Shown here in pieces: positions 1 through 10,679 of a stretch of 64,000 bases of DNA. Origin of the DNA: Nitrospirales bacterium. GTDB taxonomy: Bacteria > Nitrospirota > Nitrospiria > Nitrospirales > UBA8639. The position numbers were made by a program, and so were the translations under genes. The notes under the pieces were generated by a model, which made no database searches, had not been told where the DNA came from, and saw only the letters and a list, made by a program, of their open reading frames with translations. The stretch is taken from NCBI GenBank assembly GCA_963555755.3, contig OY820905.2, forward strand, positions 3,872,001 through 3,936,000, in the 5' to 3' direction. Position 1 is the stretch's first letter. Each line of letters begins with the position of its first letter.

Positions 1-2
1 CG

Positions 3-311
3 GGGGCTCATAGTCGTGTGCCTCCGTCATCCCATAGTTTGATGACCCAGGAAGACCGGCTCTCATCGCCAGAACCGAATCGATCATGGTCGGCGTTTCG
101 GAGCGATGACGCGAAAAATGTGTGTGTAACCGTGGTGAATGATGGTGCGAGTGAGGTATTTGTCCATTTATTTCGGAACCGGTCATTAGCTGGGGCCTTT
201 ACTGTTCTTCCTCAACGGGTATCGGCGATATGTACGGAAGTGACCGTGATCGAATTAGAGTGCGGGAGTGGATCCTGCCAACCACAGTGGTACATTTCGG
301 ACTCCAATTAA
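3..311 (+). CDS. Hypothetical protein, probably 5'-truncated by the window edge
   Basis: Frame is open from the window start to TAA at 309-311; no recognisable motif. Confidence 0.35.
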   Translation, partial: GAHSRVPPSSHSLMTQEDRLSSPEPNRSWSAFRSDDAKNVCVTVVNDGASEVFVHLFRNRSLAGAFTVLPQRVSAICTEVTVIELECGSGSCQPQWYISDSN

Positions 312-380
312 TTGTTCCATTGGATGTATCTTTCCCCTTTTACCTGCCTTCTCAGTCGCTTGATCAAATTTCCTTCCTAA

Positions 381-538
381 GGGTTCGCGGAAAAATAACT
401 TCCCATGTTTGGGCGTCGAGCCATCCCGTCTGGCGGTGTTGCTCGTCCTTTTCATACCGAGGAATATGCACAGTCCTCGCGCCTTGCCAGATAGGTATCT
501 CAGCACCCAAACAGGGGAAGTTATTTTTGCGCGAACCC
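381..538. mobile_element. MITE family A copy 1 (~158 bp, palindromic)
   Basis: TIR gggttcgcg..aataacttccc / gggaagttatt..cgcgaaccc, flanked by TAA on both sides; five more copies in the window. Confidence 0.85.
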
Positions 539-690
539 TAAGAAATAACCCAGCCGGTTGGTCTCTGGAATGCTGATCTGGGGAATTCGTTCGGGTGAGC
601 CTTGGTGATTCCTGAAGTATTTATGGTATTCTTCGCTTTGTGGTGCGTGAGCCCCTTTGTCAAAACGCCCATGGTTGCAGGAGGTACGAG

Positions 691-850
691 GAGCCTGTCC
701 AAGATTAGACAGATCTACTGGGGATGCGCTGGGTTTGGCCAGATTTTCCGATCCTTTTCGTTGAATAGTCCCACTATTCGCCCCAAACGATCGAAACATC
801 TGACTCAAGCAAGCACCCCCTTGTCATGATCGCTAATCCTGGACGGGCTC
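691..850. mobile_element. MITE family F copy (160 bp)
   Basis: TIR gagcctgtcc.agattag / ctaatc.tggac.ggctc with CTAG on the right; near-identical to 24101-24260. Confidence 0.85.
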
Positions 851-927
851 CTAGGGATGATTTCGAAGGAGTCTCTGGACGAGGTCGTTTGATGATAAGA
901 ACGGTCAAGGTAAATGAGGGAGTGGGA

Positions 928-1650
928 GTGAGGTGGGTTTTGCCTGTCTTCCTGGTCGTGGGGCTGTTGACCGGATGCGAATCAACCGACCTGATCGTCA
1001 GTAGTTCGACTTCCGAAGAGGCAGATTCTGAGACAATCATTCCTCCCATTGTTGCGGAGGAAGAAGTCTTCGAACCGATGGTCGAGGAACTTGAGGTCGG
1101 CTCCACAGTAGCTGAACCTGTTGAACAAGCAGTCGAATCGGAAGAGGACATACCTCAAGAGTCGATAGAACCTGTCTTGGAAGAGCTTGCACCTGAAATG
1201 GCTCAGGCTGCTCCCGCTCAACCGTCTGTCCCTCAAGCGCGGCCGTCATCGCCAACTCCCCAAGTTCCTGCCTTTCTTGGACCTCAACAAGCTGCTCTCG
1301 TGGAACCTGTTCGACCGAAAACGCTGCAGGATATCTTTTTTGCTTTTGATCAGGCGACGATCCTGAGTCCAGCCAAGCCCATCCTAGAAGCGAATGCCAC
1401 GCTCCTCCAAACCCGATACAAACATCTGACTGTACTTCTTGAGGGCCATTGTGATGAGCGAGGATCAGTAGAATATAATCTGGTTCTGGGGGTGAGGCGG
1501 GCTCAGGTTGTGAAAGCGTATCTGGTTGATTTAGGCATTTCCCAACTACGGATTCGTATCGTGAGTTACGGGAAAGAACGTCCGGTGTGTTCGCAGCAAC
1601 ATGAGCGATGTTGGCAGAAAAATCGCCGTACGCATTTTCTTCTTCAATAG
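928..1650 (+). CDS. Peptidoglycan-associated lipoprotein (Pal/OmpA C-terminal domain) with long acidic, Pro-rich linker
   Basis: Lipobox LLTGC after GTG start at 928; OmpA-like motifs EGHCDERGSVEYNLVLG, VSYGKERP, KNRR. Confidence 0.85.
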   Translation: MRWVLPVFLVVGLLTGCESTDLIVSSSTSEEADSETIIPPIVAEEEVFEPMVEELEVGSTVAEPVEQAVESEEDIPQESIEPVLEELAPEMAQAAPAQPSVPQARPSSPTPQVPAFLGPQQAALVEPVRPKTLQDIFFAFDQATILSPAKPILEANATLLQTRYKHLTVLLEGHCDERGSVEYNLVLGVRRAQVVKAYLVDLGISQLRIRIVSYGKERPVCSQQHERCWQKNRRTHFLLQ

Positions 1651-1716
1651 CATTATTCCTGCTACCGTGCCTTTTCAATTATTGCTGGTGGGTTCTTTGA
1701 CAAAGGGTGGATCAGA

Positions 1717-2227
1717 GGGTTCACGCAAGAATGACTTCCCATGTTTGGGCGTCGATTCATCCCGCCTGGCGGTGTGGCCCGTCCTTTCCATACGAGGAGT
1801 ATGCGCAGTCCTCGCGTCTTGCCAGACAGGCATCTCAACACCCAAACATGGGAAGTTATTCTTGCGTGAACCCTAGGGTTCTATGCTGAAATACGCGGAA
1901 CAAATCCGAAACTCGAGTGCCGAAATTCGAAACACATTCAACCTAGAAACAGCTGTTGGGCGCAAAGAAGACCCGTAAGATATTGGTGTGCATCGTGAAA
2001 GAGAAAAAGTCGTGGTCACCTTGGTGGTGATGAGACATTTTTTTGTGTTGCTAGGAGCCTGTCCGAGATTAGCGATTGTCACGAGGGTGGTCTGGTTTGA
2101 GTCAGATATTTCGATCGTTTGAGGCGAATAGTGGTGCTATTCAACGAAAACGGAGAATGTTCAAAAAGGCCGCCAACTGCGCCAAGAGCTTGCGGGGGAC
2201 TTGGTGATCCAACAGCTGTTTCTAGGT
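1717..2227. mobile_element. MITE mosaic: family A (1717-1873), family E fragment (~1902-1940), family B (1941-2227) interrupted by partial family F (2055-~2154) and a family C end
   Basis: Each segment matches an intact copy elsewhere in the window. Confidence 0.75.
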
Positions 2228-2352
2228 TCCCATGGCCACATTGCACATAACAAAGACGCCGGGATACTGGTTGCGATTATTGGACGCGCAAGATAATCCG
2301 GTACTCCCGACGCAGAACGCGACAAATCCGTTCGGCGTATTTTGGGCGGTTT

Positions 2353-2850
2353 TTAGAGCATCCAAGCCAAAGAAACCAATTTGGTGCTGGGATTCATAGC
2401 GATGAGCCAAAATACGAACCCTAGCGTGACCACGCTGCCTAGAATCAGCCCAATGAACCTCCACGCCGCATTTCGGTGTTGGTAGGTGATGTCCCGTTCA
2501 GATCCAAAGTGTCCACGTGGTTTTTGGGCTGCTGAAACGGGATTCCCATTGCCGGAATGATGGCGATGAGACGGAGAATGGGTGCTTCCCATCATCTGGG
2601 CTTTTCGTAGTTCTCGGCGTTCCTCGAGGAGACAGGCTGTCTGATACCAGTACTGTTCTTCAAGTTTTAGGAGTGCATCACGATTCTCAAACGCAAGGGC
2701 TTTATCGAGAAGCGGTTGATAGGTTCGGTCAAGTTGTTTGAATTTCCACCAGATGGATAATCGTTTGGTCATTATTTTAAGCACAGTCGTACCTCCACTT
2801 ATGATGGCGTATTGTGTGCTTTGGTTATGACAGATTGGTGAGGATTTCAA
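2353..2850 (-). CDS. Hypothetical membrane protein
   Basis: 165-aa ORF with a C-terminal hydrophobic helix; start uncertain. Confidence 0.45.
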   Translation of the reverse strand: MKSSPICHNQSTQYAIISGGTTVLKIMTKRLSIWWKFKQLDRTYQPLLDKALAFENRDALLKLEEQYWYQTACLLEERRELRKAQMMGSTHSPSHRHHSGNGNPVSAAQKPRGHFGSERDITYQHRNAAWRFIGLILGSVVTLGFVFWLIAMNPSTKLVSLAWML

Positions 2851-3034
2851 AATACGACAATTGCCGCATCAGGGGAATGGGGAGATGTCAAAACAGTAGG
2901 GAGTTAGGACAGAGAACCTCACGTCCCGTGGGGAAGAACGTGAGCCTTTTGATGGTCAGAGAGAAACGAATGCCTCTGCGTCAGGAAGAGTTTTTTGGTA
3001 AGAGTATGGAACCACGTTGCTGGCTGTTGAGTAT

Positions 3035-3358
3035 TTATGATTCATGCGAGAGCGGAATGGGCATATGCATATGGTGATCTTCCCTCGCCGTCCGGACTTC
3101 ACGTGTGTGTTGAATCAATTCCAGAAACTGAACCACCGCCGCTGTACGGGATTCGACACCGAGTTTGGTGTAAATGTGTTCTAAGTGTTTTGACGCAGTT
3201 CGTGGACTAATGGCCAGGATGAGGCCAATTTCATTGTTCGTCTTTCCACGAGCCACCCATTCAAGTACCTCGACCTCTCGGGGAGTTAGTCCCTTTTCCT
3301 CTAGGGCGACAAGGGTATCCGTTTCAAGCGATGGACTAGTGTCCTGTATCATTTCCAT
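3035..3358 (-). CDS. Stand-alone LuxR/GerE-type HTH regulator
   Basis: LTPREVEVLEWVARGKTNNEIGLILAISPRTASKHLEHIYTKLGV; RBS-like gaggaagg upstream. Confidence 0.85.
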   Translation of the reverse strand: MEMIQDTSPSLETDTLVALEEKGLTPREVEVLEWVARGKTNNEIGLILAISPRTASKHLEHIYTKLGVESRTAAVVQFLELIQHTREVRTAREDHHMHMPIPLSHES

Positions 3359-3439
3359 GATAATAACCTTTCCTCTCCCTGGGCCTTACCCAGGTACTTG
3401 TTGAACTCTCATATGTTTGCGTCTTTGAATAAGGTATAT

Positions 3440-3456
3440 GGCAACTTACGGGCCAA
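3440..3456 (-). promoter_or_regulatory. Putative sigma-54 (-24/-12) promoter for the LuxR gene
   Basis: Minus strand reads TTGGCCCGTAAGTTGC (TGGC-N7-TTGC), ~80 bp upstream of the start. Confidence 0.6.
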
Positions 3457-3995
3457 CTTGGCATGGGAGGAAATTTTGTCGGAAAAAATGTCATAACCTG
3501 TTGAATCTAAATAATAAAATTTGTATAAAGTTTGATGGTCGTGTTGCCGATTGGGCCAAACTCCTATCCAAAATCGTAAAAAAACTTTACGATTTTACAG
3601 TCGAGTCAGCAGAATCTTGTGAAAAAATTAATCAATTCAATGTGTTGCGAGGGAATGGGGAATTGTAAAAATTTTCGACATTCGTTAGATGACGAATGAG
3701 TATTTTGAGGGAGGATGGTGAAAAATATGCGTTAAAACAACGAGTTGATTGTCCAAATCAACCAAGTTTCTGCCATGATCAATTTTCTGACATAACCCCA
3801 AAGAGGGATGAGGTTTAGCTGGAAGGCAGACGGAATTACCACACTTACGAGGGGCTATTAAGTGTAGAAACGTAGACTTTATTTTTCAGACACAGTCAGC
3901 TATTGGGGATCAACTTGCGGTCCTTATGGGGCTGTTGAATAATTCGCGTCAATAGCCAATACACGCTCCAGATGAGCCCCACATCGTCAGTGGGA

Positions 3996-4141
3996 GGGAA
4001 TGTTCAAAAAAGCATGCCCTGAGTCTTTCCGAAGGGTCTATCCAGCAAGGCCGCAGCCCTTTTGACGCGCGGAGCGTACTCATAGTACGTGAGCACGGCA
4101 AAAGGGCGAGAACGCCGCTGGCGGCTTTTTTCAACATTCCC
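3996..4141. mobile_element. MITE family C copy
   Basis: TIR gggaatgttcaaaaaagc / gcttttttcaacattccc with core cagcaaggccgcag...gtacgtgag...aacgccgctgg; repeated four more times. Confidence 0.85.
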
Positions 4142-4202
4142 CTTATATAACAAGACAACAAACAAAGGGCATGGGGATTCGGGTCCAGGGGGTTCATTGT
4201 CT

Positions 4203-5216
4203 GTAAATAGCTCTTGAAGCGTAATAATATTGTCTTCCATACCAGTGATTTCCTGACCACTTACCAACTTCCAGGTCCCACGAAGAGGCGGTTTTGCTGC
4301 AGAATGAGTTCAATCGCAGAACCAATATAATGCCGCATGGCCTTCGTCGAAATTTCCAGGCCGGACATCGCCACCAGGGTTTCAATTCTCATCAATGTAT
4401 CTCGAGGAGAATTGGCATGAATGATTGTCAGAGACCTATCATGGCCAGTAGTCATCGCTTGCAGCATATCCAGGGTTTTAGCCCCACGAACCTCACCGAG
4501 AACAATTCGGTCCGGCCTCATCCGCCAGGTATTTGATCAGTTCCCGCTGCGTCGCTTCTCCCCGTCCCTCAACATTGAGGGGGGGGCCATTCCCACAACA
4601 TACTCTTGTCGAAGTTGAAGCTAGCCAGCACCTTCAATGGTAATAATTCGCTCGTCACCCGGGATAAAGCTCGACAAAATATACAACAGGGTCGTCTTCT
4701 CAGACCCTGTTCCTCCTGAAATCACAATGGTGAGACGAGACCGGACTGCTGCTTCCAACACCTGCCCAATTTCGGGAGTCATCGATGTATTGGAAAGGAG
4801 GTATTCACTTCGCTCCATCTGATGGGATGTTCAGGGCATGGGAGACCCAATATTCTTTCGGTTCGTGGGTGGCATCGATTATTTTTGGATATTTGGGTAA
4901 ATTCATTGCGGGTTTTTGGGGCGAAGGGGCTTCCAATATTACCTGGAGCAGTTACGTTGGCCTGAACAATTTTTTCCCCTTGGTTGGGGGAATGCATCAA
5001 GGCGTCTTGGTGTCCTAACAGGTAAAGGTGGAGCGAAGTGAATACCCCGTATTGATCATCAGATGAGTCATGTGGAGTGTATCAGGACTGAACTTTCTGA
5101 TAGAAAGCGCGGTCGTCCCATCGAGGGCTCAAGGAGGAAGGACCGCAGTGACACGTGATCAATCAGGAAGACGCGCATCAACTATTGGAGACGATTCGTC
5201 AATCCTTCGCCCGACC
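4203..5216 (-). pseudogene. cpaF: Degraded second copy of cpaF/tadA pilus ATPase
   Basis: Fragments in several frames: GRRIDESSPIVDARLPD*SRV (~5216-5050), ISGGTGSEKTTLL (broken Walker A), [30 protein letters not shown]; internal stops, frameshifts and an insertion. Confidence 0.85.
4800..5046. mobile_element. MITE-like element H inside the cpaF pseudogene
   Basis: Perfect 18-bp inverted repeat ggtattcacttcgctcca (4800-4817) / tggagcgaagtgaatacc (5029-5046); gtattg duplicated at 4787-4792 and 5049-5054. Confidence 0.65.
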
Positions 5217-5262
5217 TGCTTCTGGTGATGCGTATGTACTACGAGGAGGCCTTGTTACTTAA

Positions 5263-5403
5263 GGGCACCTCTAAAAACCGTCCTTTTCCGTGATGGCGGC
5301 GTCAGCCGCGTGCTCACATCCTCATGTATTCGCCCATACACTCCGGTTTTCCGCGCGCGGCTTCCTTGCCCTCACAAAAAATGCCGGGTTTTTAGAGGTG
5401 CCC
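5263..5403. mobile_element. MITE family D copy 1 (141 bp)
   Basis: TIR gggcacctctaaaaacc / ggtttttagaggtgccc in a TTAA context; four near-identical copies in the window. Confidence 0.9.
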
Positions 5404-5800
5404 TTAAGTACGCCGCCTACACGAATGATGCGAACCGAATCCGTTGGCGCTTGATCCCATCCATCTGGTAAGCAATTTCCGAGAGATATTCTGCAACCAG
5501 CCGTGTCATTGAGTCTGTAGGCAAGAATCGTTGACGCTCCCCCCGTAATTTCGCATTTGCGACAGCATGCCCTGAAAACTCAAAGCGATATCCTGGATCC
5601 ATTATCTGCGTTGCAAACGGCAGCGCTCGCTCGGAATGTCCAGCCACTGTGAGTGGTGAATGTAATCGGTGTGGAAGTCACTACGGAGAGGATGGATGAC
5701 CTTCCCTCTTTTGAGTTAAGACGATTGTCGTATGGTTCAAAAGCATGACGTTGAATTATTCTTGAAAAAACAAAATGATAAAAGAGCTTGAGGAAACAAA

Positions 5801-7333
5801 ATGATCAAAGAGAATGAACAACTGAAGAACCAGGCAATTTTTATGAGAGCAACTATCTTGAAATTCCTATTCCCTATTGGAGTGCTGTTGGTGATAAGTT
5901 TTTTCACGAACCACACCCTTGGTTGGGCGGCTGACCTTACGTTCCAAGTACTTAAAACCCAAAAACCCCAAAAGGTGGAATTGGTTGCGGGAACTTCAGT
6001 GGTCATAGAGGTTCCAATAGCCATCAAGCGAGCCTCTATTGCCAATACGGAAGTAGCAGACACCCGAGTCCTTTCTAATAAACATGTTTATGTTATCGGA
6101 AAAACCATCGGGGTGACGAATCTTACCTTGTGGGATAAAAAGAATGGGAGGGTTTTTGCAGTCCTTGATTTGAATGTCCGACCGGATGTGAGTCGGCTAA
6201 AGGCTCACCTCCATAAAGTTTTGCCAGGAGAAAAAAATGTCCACGTATCCGCTGCTCATGACAGCCTCACCATTTGGGGAACGGTCTCGGATCCTGTCAT
6301 CGTTAAGCAAGTCTTAGATATGGCTGAGCCGTATGCTCCTAAAAAAATTGTGAACCTTCTGACGGTGGGTGGAGTACAGCAAGTCATGCTGGAGGTCCGA
6401 GTCGCTGAGATGAGCCGTGATTTGTCAAAAAGATTGGGCTTTAACTGGACCTCTGTGAATTCAGTGGGAGATGGAATATTCGTGAATAAGTTGAACAATC
6501 TGGCTCAGATAGTTCCATCTAATGATGCTGTAATAAGTCCCCTTGCACCGGGGAATAGTTCTCCATTCGGCTTGGCTTTGAATCAGGCAGTCAACGTGGT
6601 GTTACGATTTCAGACAGGGAGCATCACCACGACCGGCTTTATCGATGCCCTGAAACAGTCTGGACTGGTGAAGATTCTGGCTGAACCGACCCTCGTAGCA
6701 TTAAATGGCCAGGAAGCGAGTTTTTTGGCAGGTGGAGAATTCCCATTTCCGGTGCCGCAGAACTTTAATACCACCACCATCAAATTTAAGAAATTTGGCG
6801 TAGGTCTCAGTTTTCGGCCGACGGTATTGGGAAATCACAAAATTAGTATAGAAGTAGCGCCAGAGGTCTCTGAACTAGATTTTCAAAATGCTATTACAAT
6901 CCAAGGTTTTACTATCCCATCGATTACAACCCGACGAGTCAAGACAGTGGTAGAACTAAAAGATGGACAGAGTTTTGCTATTGGAGGGCTGATTCGAGAG
7001 AACGTCAAAGAGCAAATATCTAAATTTCCCTTGTTGGGCGATATTCCTATATTGGGTGTTTTGTTTCGGAGCAGCTCCTTTCAAAAAAGTGAGACGGAAT
7101 TAGTCATCATCGTAACGGTTCATATTATCAAACCGCTCGATGTCGTCAAGCAGACAGTTCCCACAGATTTTTTCGTGGAACCTAATGATTACGAATTTTT
7201 CATTGAGGGGAAAATGGAGGGGCCGAGGCAATCCAAAGACGGAAAAGCCTCAGTCACATCTTTACGGAAATCCTCAAAGCAGCGAACAACAACAGTAGGA
7301 TTGGATGGAGAGTTCGGTCATATATGGCCATAA
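5801..7333 (+). CDS. cpaC: Tad pilus secretin CpaC/RcpA
   Basis: QQVMLEVRVAE, ILAEPTLVALNGQEASFLAGGEFP, PLLGDIPILGVLFRS. Confidence 0.95.
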   Translation: MIKENEQLKNQAIFMRATILKFLFPIGVLLVISFFTNHTLGWAADLTFQVLKTQKPQKVELVAGTSVVIEVPIAIKRASIANTEVADTRVLSNKHVYVIGKTIGVTNLTLWDKKNGRVFAVLDLNVRPDVSRLKAHLHKVLPGEKNVHVSAAHDSLTIWGTVSDPVIVKQVLDMAEPYAPKKIVNLLTVGGVQQVMLEVRVAEMSRDLSKRLGFNWTSVNSVGDGIFVNKLNNLAQIVPSNDAVISPLAPGNSSPFGLALNQAVNVVLRFQTGSITTTGFIDALKQSGLVKILAEPTLVALNGQEASFLAGGEFPFPVPQNFNTTTIKFKKFGVGLSFRPTVLGNHKISIEVAPEVSELDFQNAITIQGFTIPSITTRRVKTVVELKDGQSFAIGGLIRENVKEQISKFPLLGDIPILGVLFRSSSFQKSETELVIIVTVHIIKPLDVVKQTVPTDFFVEPNDYEFFIEGKMEGPRQSKDGKASVTSLRKSSKQRTTTVGLDGEFGHIWP

Positions 7334-7348
7334 GAAGAAGGTAAACCT

Positions 7349-7636
7349 ATGAAAACAACTTTAGTGATGGTGGGTGCTATCGTTTGTGCGTTAAGCGTGC
7401 TGGCTTGTCAAGGAAGACCGACGAGATTGAGCCCAGACTTCGGTTCATCGGCAAGATTGGTTGTCGAAAATCAAATATTGAACCCAAATGCTCCAACAAG
7501 TCTTGACCCCGTGGAAGGCATGGATGGCAAGGCATCCCTCAAAATTTTAGAGCAATATCATAAGTCTTTCGAGGGGAAAAGGAAGCAAACCGAGAGGGCT
7601 GGTTTCGTTATCAATGCAGGCTCGTCTAAAAAATGA
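7349..7636 (+). CDS. Small lipoprotein, probably pilus-assembly associated
   Basis: Lipobox VLAC; directly follows cpaC; NQILNP and GMDG motifs. Confidence 0.7.
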   Translation: MKTTLVMVGAIVCALSVLACQGRPTRLSPDFGSSARLVVENQILNPNAPTSLDPVEGMDGKASLKILEQYHKSFEGKRKQTERAGFVINAGSSKK

Positions 7637-7758
7637 GTTGGGTTCGAAACTCAAGGAGATTTTTGAAATGTGAAGAAAGAGGATCTCGTTGAAATTCAAT
7701 CATTATGAAAGATGACGCCATCGGGAAATTATGATTTCAGTGAGAAGGAGGCAAAGTC

Positions 7759-8205
7759 ATGTTTCGAGAATTGGTCCGGCTTAAACCTGTGAAACGGAAA
7801 CACGTAATCTGGAGGGACAACCGTGGTGCTGCGGCCATCGAAATGGCCCTTGTGCTTCCGATCCTGGTGGTTTTAGTTCTGGGGATTATGGAATTTGGAA
7901 TACTCATGTTTTCCCAACAAGTGATCGTCAATGCAAGTCGTGAAGGAGCGAGACAAGGTATCGTGCTGGCCACCCCACGACCTACGGAGGGAGACGTGGA
8001 GAATGTTGTGGCTAATTACCTTACTACGTCCACCTTAGATAGTGGTCTTGCTGATGTGACCGTAGAAGGTGCTGGTGGTGCAGGGGGAACGAACCTAACG
8101 GTTTCAGTCAATTATCCTTACCAGTTTATAGCGCTTAGCAATTTTGTGCCAGGATTGCCTGATCCGTTTCCTTTAACTGCTTCGACAACCATGGTTTTAG
8201 AATAG
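7759..8205 (+). CDS. tadE: TadE-like pseudopilin
   Basis: RGAAAIEMALVLP prepilin motif; NASREGAR. Confidence 0.9.
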   Translation: MFRELVRLKPVKRKHVIWRDNRGAAAIEMALVLPILVVLVLGIMEFGILMFSQQVIVNASREGARQGIVLATPRPTEGDVENVVANYLTTSTLDSGLADVTVEGAGGAGGTNLTVSVNYPYQFIALSNFVPGLPDPFPLTASTTMVLE

Positions 8206-8299
8206 GGATTTCCAAAACAATAACAGGGTGCCTAACCGACACTTCGCGGTGAATGAGGATCTCATCCTTTTTAGTTTTTGGGGAAAGATTGAGGGAAAA

Positions 8300-9376
8300 A
8301 TGAAGATTCTAAGAAATAAAATGAAAATAATCATTTCCGAAAATCGTGGGGCTGTTGTGATCACAGTGGCCCTGATCTTAGGTGTATTGGTTTCGATTAC
8401 CGCCTTAACCGTTGATATCGGGTACGGGTTAGTCACGAGAACGCAACTGCACGCTATTGCTGATGGATCTGCATTGGCAGGGACTCGACAACTCGGGCTG
8501 GTCTATGAAGGGCTGACCTCAGCTGAACAACAAAATTATACCCTGTCCAGTATGGGACAACAGGCTATTACGACAATGGTGAACAGTGTTGGGCAAGCTA
8601 ATGAGGCGGGAGGACAGGCTATCACCATAAACGATGGAGACATTCAGGTCGGGCGATGGGACTTTGAAGCGCAAACGTTTACTGCAGGCTTGAATAGTCC
8701 CAATGCCGTCAGGGTAACAGCACGTCGGGACCGTGCAGCCAATGGTCCGATTGTCACCTTTTTTGCAGGGATTATGGGCATTAACACGATAAATGTGTCC
8801 GCAACCGCGACAGCGTCACTGGGGGCCCTGAGTACTACCAATGTGGGCGACCTGCCGGCTCCCATAGGAATATCGGAGTATTGGTATACACAAGGAGAGT
8901 GGTGTGGTGAGAGCATAAAGTTTCACCCAACGGGAACCCTTGACGGTTGCGCGGGCTGGCATACATATGAGGACCACCCGTCCAATGCCAGAAGGTTGCG
9001 TGATATCATTGATGGCCTTGAAGATCAGTCCTATGAGTCCCCAGAGACTCAGGCTGGAGACTCTTCCTTTGAATTTATCGGTGGGGATGTGGCGTCGGCA
9101 TTTTCGAATTTTCAAGAACTTTATGAGACCAGGAAATATGACGAGGAACCACATGACACCTGGGCAACCTCCGTCGTTGTCTATGACCGGGACGATTGTT
9201 CCAATCCGAATAAGGATATCCTCATTGTAGGATTTGCCAAAGTTGAGATCTATGAGGTCCTTGGACCACCAGAGAAAACGATTAAGGCGACGGTTTTGTG
9301 CAATGAGTACGAGGCCGGGCGGTCAAGTGGAAGTAATTTTGGTTTGATGGGAACGATTCCTGGCTTAGTGCAATAA
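8300..9376 (+). CDS. tadG: TadG-like pilus assembly protein
   Basis: RGAVVITVAL...LTVDIG...QLHAIADGSALAG Tad N-terminal motif. Confidence 0.85.
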   Translation: MKILRNKMKIIISENRGAVVITVALILGVLVSITALTVDIGYGLVTRTQLHAIADGSALAGTRQLGLVYEGLTSAEQQNYTLSSMGQQAITTMVNSVGQANEAGGQAITINDGDIQVGRWDFEAQTFTAGLNSPNAVRVTARRDRAANGPIVTFFAGIMGINTINVSATATASLGALSTTNVGDLPAPIGISEYWYTQGEWCGESIKFHPTGTLDGCAGWHTYEDHPSNARRLRDIIDGLEDQSYESPETQAGDSSFEFIGGDVASAFSNFQELYETRKYDEEPHDTWATSVVVYDRDDCSNPNKDILIVGFAKVEIYEVLGPPEKTIKATVLCNEYEAGRSSGSNFGLMGTIPGLVQ

Positions 9377-9407
9377 CTCCGTTGATGTGATTCGTGCAGA
9401 AATAATA

Positions 9408-10679
9408 ATGATGAATGAAAAACTTTCAGTATCAGTCCAGGTTGCTGATGAACAAGTCAAAACCGCTTTAGAGGGCATAATCAGTGATACCAAAGATTTT
9501 ATGGTAAGTCAGCCGGGAGGGCTGGATCACCTTGATTTCCTCATTATGGAGTTGGACGAAAATAATCCCACCAAAACGTTTTCACAAATTGAGGCCAACC
9601 TGAAAGGGTTTCCCCAAACAGATATTTTTTTGACTTGTCAAACCATTGATGCGCCAACGCTCTTAAACGCCTTTCGAATTGGCGTAAAGGAATTTATTCC
9701 CCAACCCCTGAACCGGGACGAAGTTCAGCAAATTTTTGTCCGTGCCCAGGAAAAACATCAGGGATGTTCAGTGCCCGCTCCTTCCCAAAAACCGAAAGGT
9801 CGTGTCATATCCATACTGGGTGGCAAAGCTGGGGCGGGAGTAACCACCCTTACTGTCAATCTGGGGGTCAGTTTGCAAAATTTGGGAAAATCCGTCGTGA
9901 TTCTCGATCTCAATTTTCACAGCGGAGATGTGCCAATCTTTTTGGATCTTCAGCCGACACGGGGCATCTTTGAGGTTGCCAGGAATCTGGCCAGACTGGA
10001 CGATGCGTTTTTGTTGAGTTGTCTCACCACGCATAGTTCCGGTGTATCGATTTTGTCTCTAGACGAAGCACGGCCTTCAAAGATAGGGGACAAAAGAACA
10101 GATAAGATAACTTCTTCAACGATGCATCCGGTGCTCGAGCTCTTGGTAGGTTTATTTGATTACATTCTTATAGATTGTGGAACGGTCCTAGATGAACGCA
10201 TGGTAAAGATTTTTGAACAATCAGCCATGTTATTTGTCCTCTATACCCTTCGGCTTCCTGTGATTAAAAAAACCCAGCGTCTTTTACAGATTCTCGATGA
10301 GATGGGATATCCCAAGGAAAAAAGAAAATTGATATTAAATGCCTTCGTTCCAGAAGCAGAAGCTCTTATGCTCGAAACCGAAACAATTTTTGAAACGAAG
10401 GTGTTTGTGAAAATCATGGAGGATCTTCCAAGCGCGAACACCGCTGTCAATAGTGGAATACCAATGGTAATTGGGGCGCCCAAAACAGTCGTGGTGAAAG
10501 CTTTTCAAAATCTAGCCTATTTCTTGATTGGCAAGAAGCCACCGAAGAAAAAAAATGAATTACAATCAATTCTAGCGGTGTTCAGCCGTACAGGTGTGCG
10601 GGGAATATGGGCGTCTCTACAAGACAAATGGGTAAGGCCAAAGGTTAATCCGAACATAAGTCAGGAGATAAAAACATGA
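9408..10679 (+). CDS. cpaE: CpaE/TadZ (receiver-like domain + MinD-like ATPase)
   Basis: Degenerate receiver N-terminus; [10 protein letters not shown] deviant Walker A; FDYILIDC. Confidence 0.9.
   Translation: MMNEKLSVSVQVADEQVKTALEGIISDTKDFMVSQPGGLDHLDFLIMELDENNPTKTFSQIEANLKGFPQTDIFLTCQTIDAPTLLNAFRIGVKEFIPQPLNRDEVQQIFVRAQEKHQGCSVPAPSQKPKGRVISILGGKAGAGVTTLTVNLGVSLQNLGKSVVILDLNFHSGDVPIFLDLQPTRGIFEVARNLARLDDAFLLSCLTTHSSGVSILSLDEARPSKIGDKRTDKITSSTMHPVLELLVGLFDYILIDCGTVLDERMVKIFEQSAMLFVLYTLRLPVIKKTQRLLQILDEMGYPKEKRKLILNAFVPEAEALMLETETIFETKVFVKIMEDLPSANTAVNSGIPMVIGAPKTVVVKAFQNLAYFLIGKKPPKKKNELQSILAVFSRTGVRGIWASLQDKWVRPKVNPNISQEIKT

Noticed and set aside
230..829. Recurrent short ORFs (e.g. MLKKAASGVLALLP, KQGKLFLREP, MSQMFRSF, ITTEVTTTF) here and across the window that look like a protein family
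   Set aside because: They are translations of MITE families A, B, C, F and G and lack independent coding evidence.
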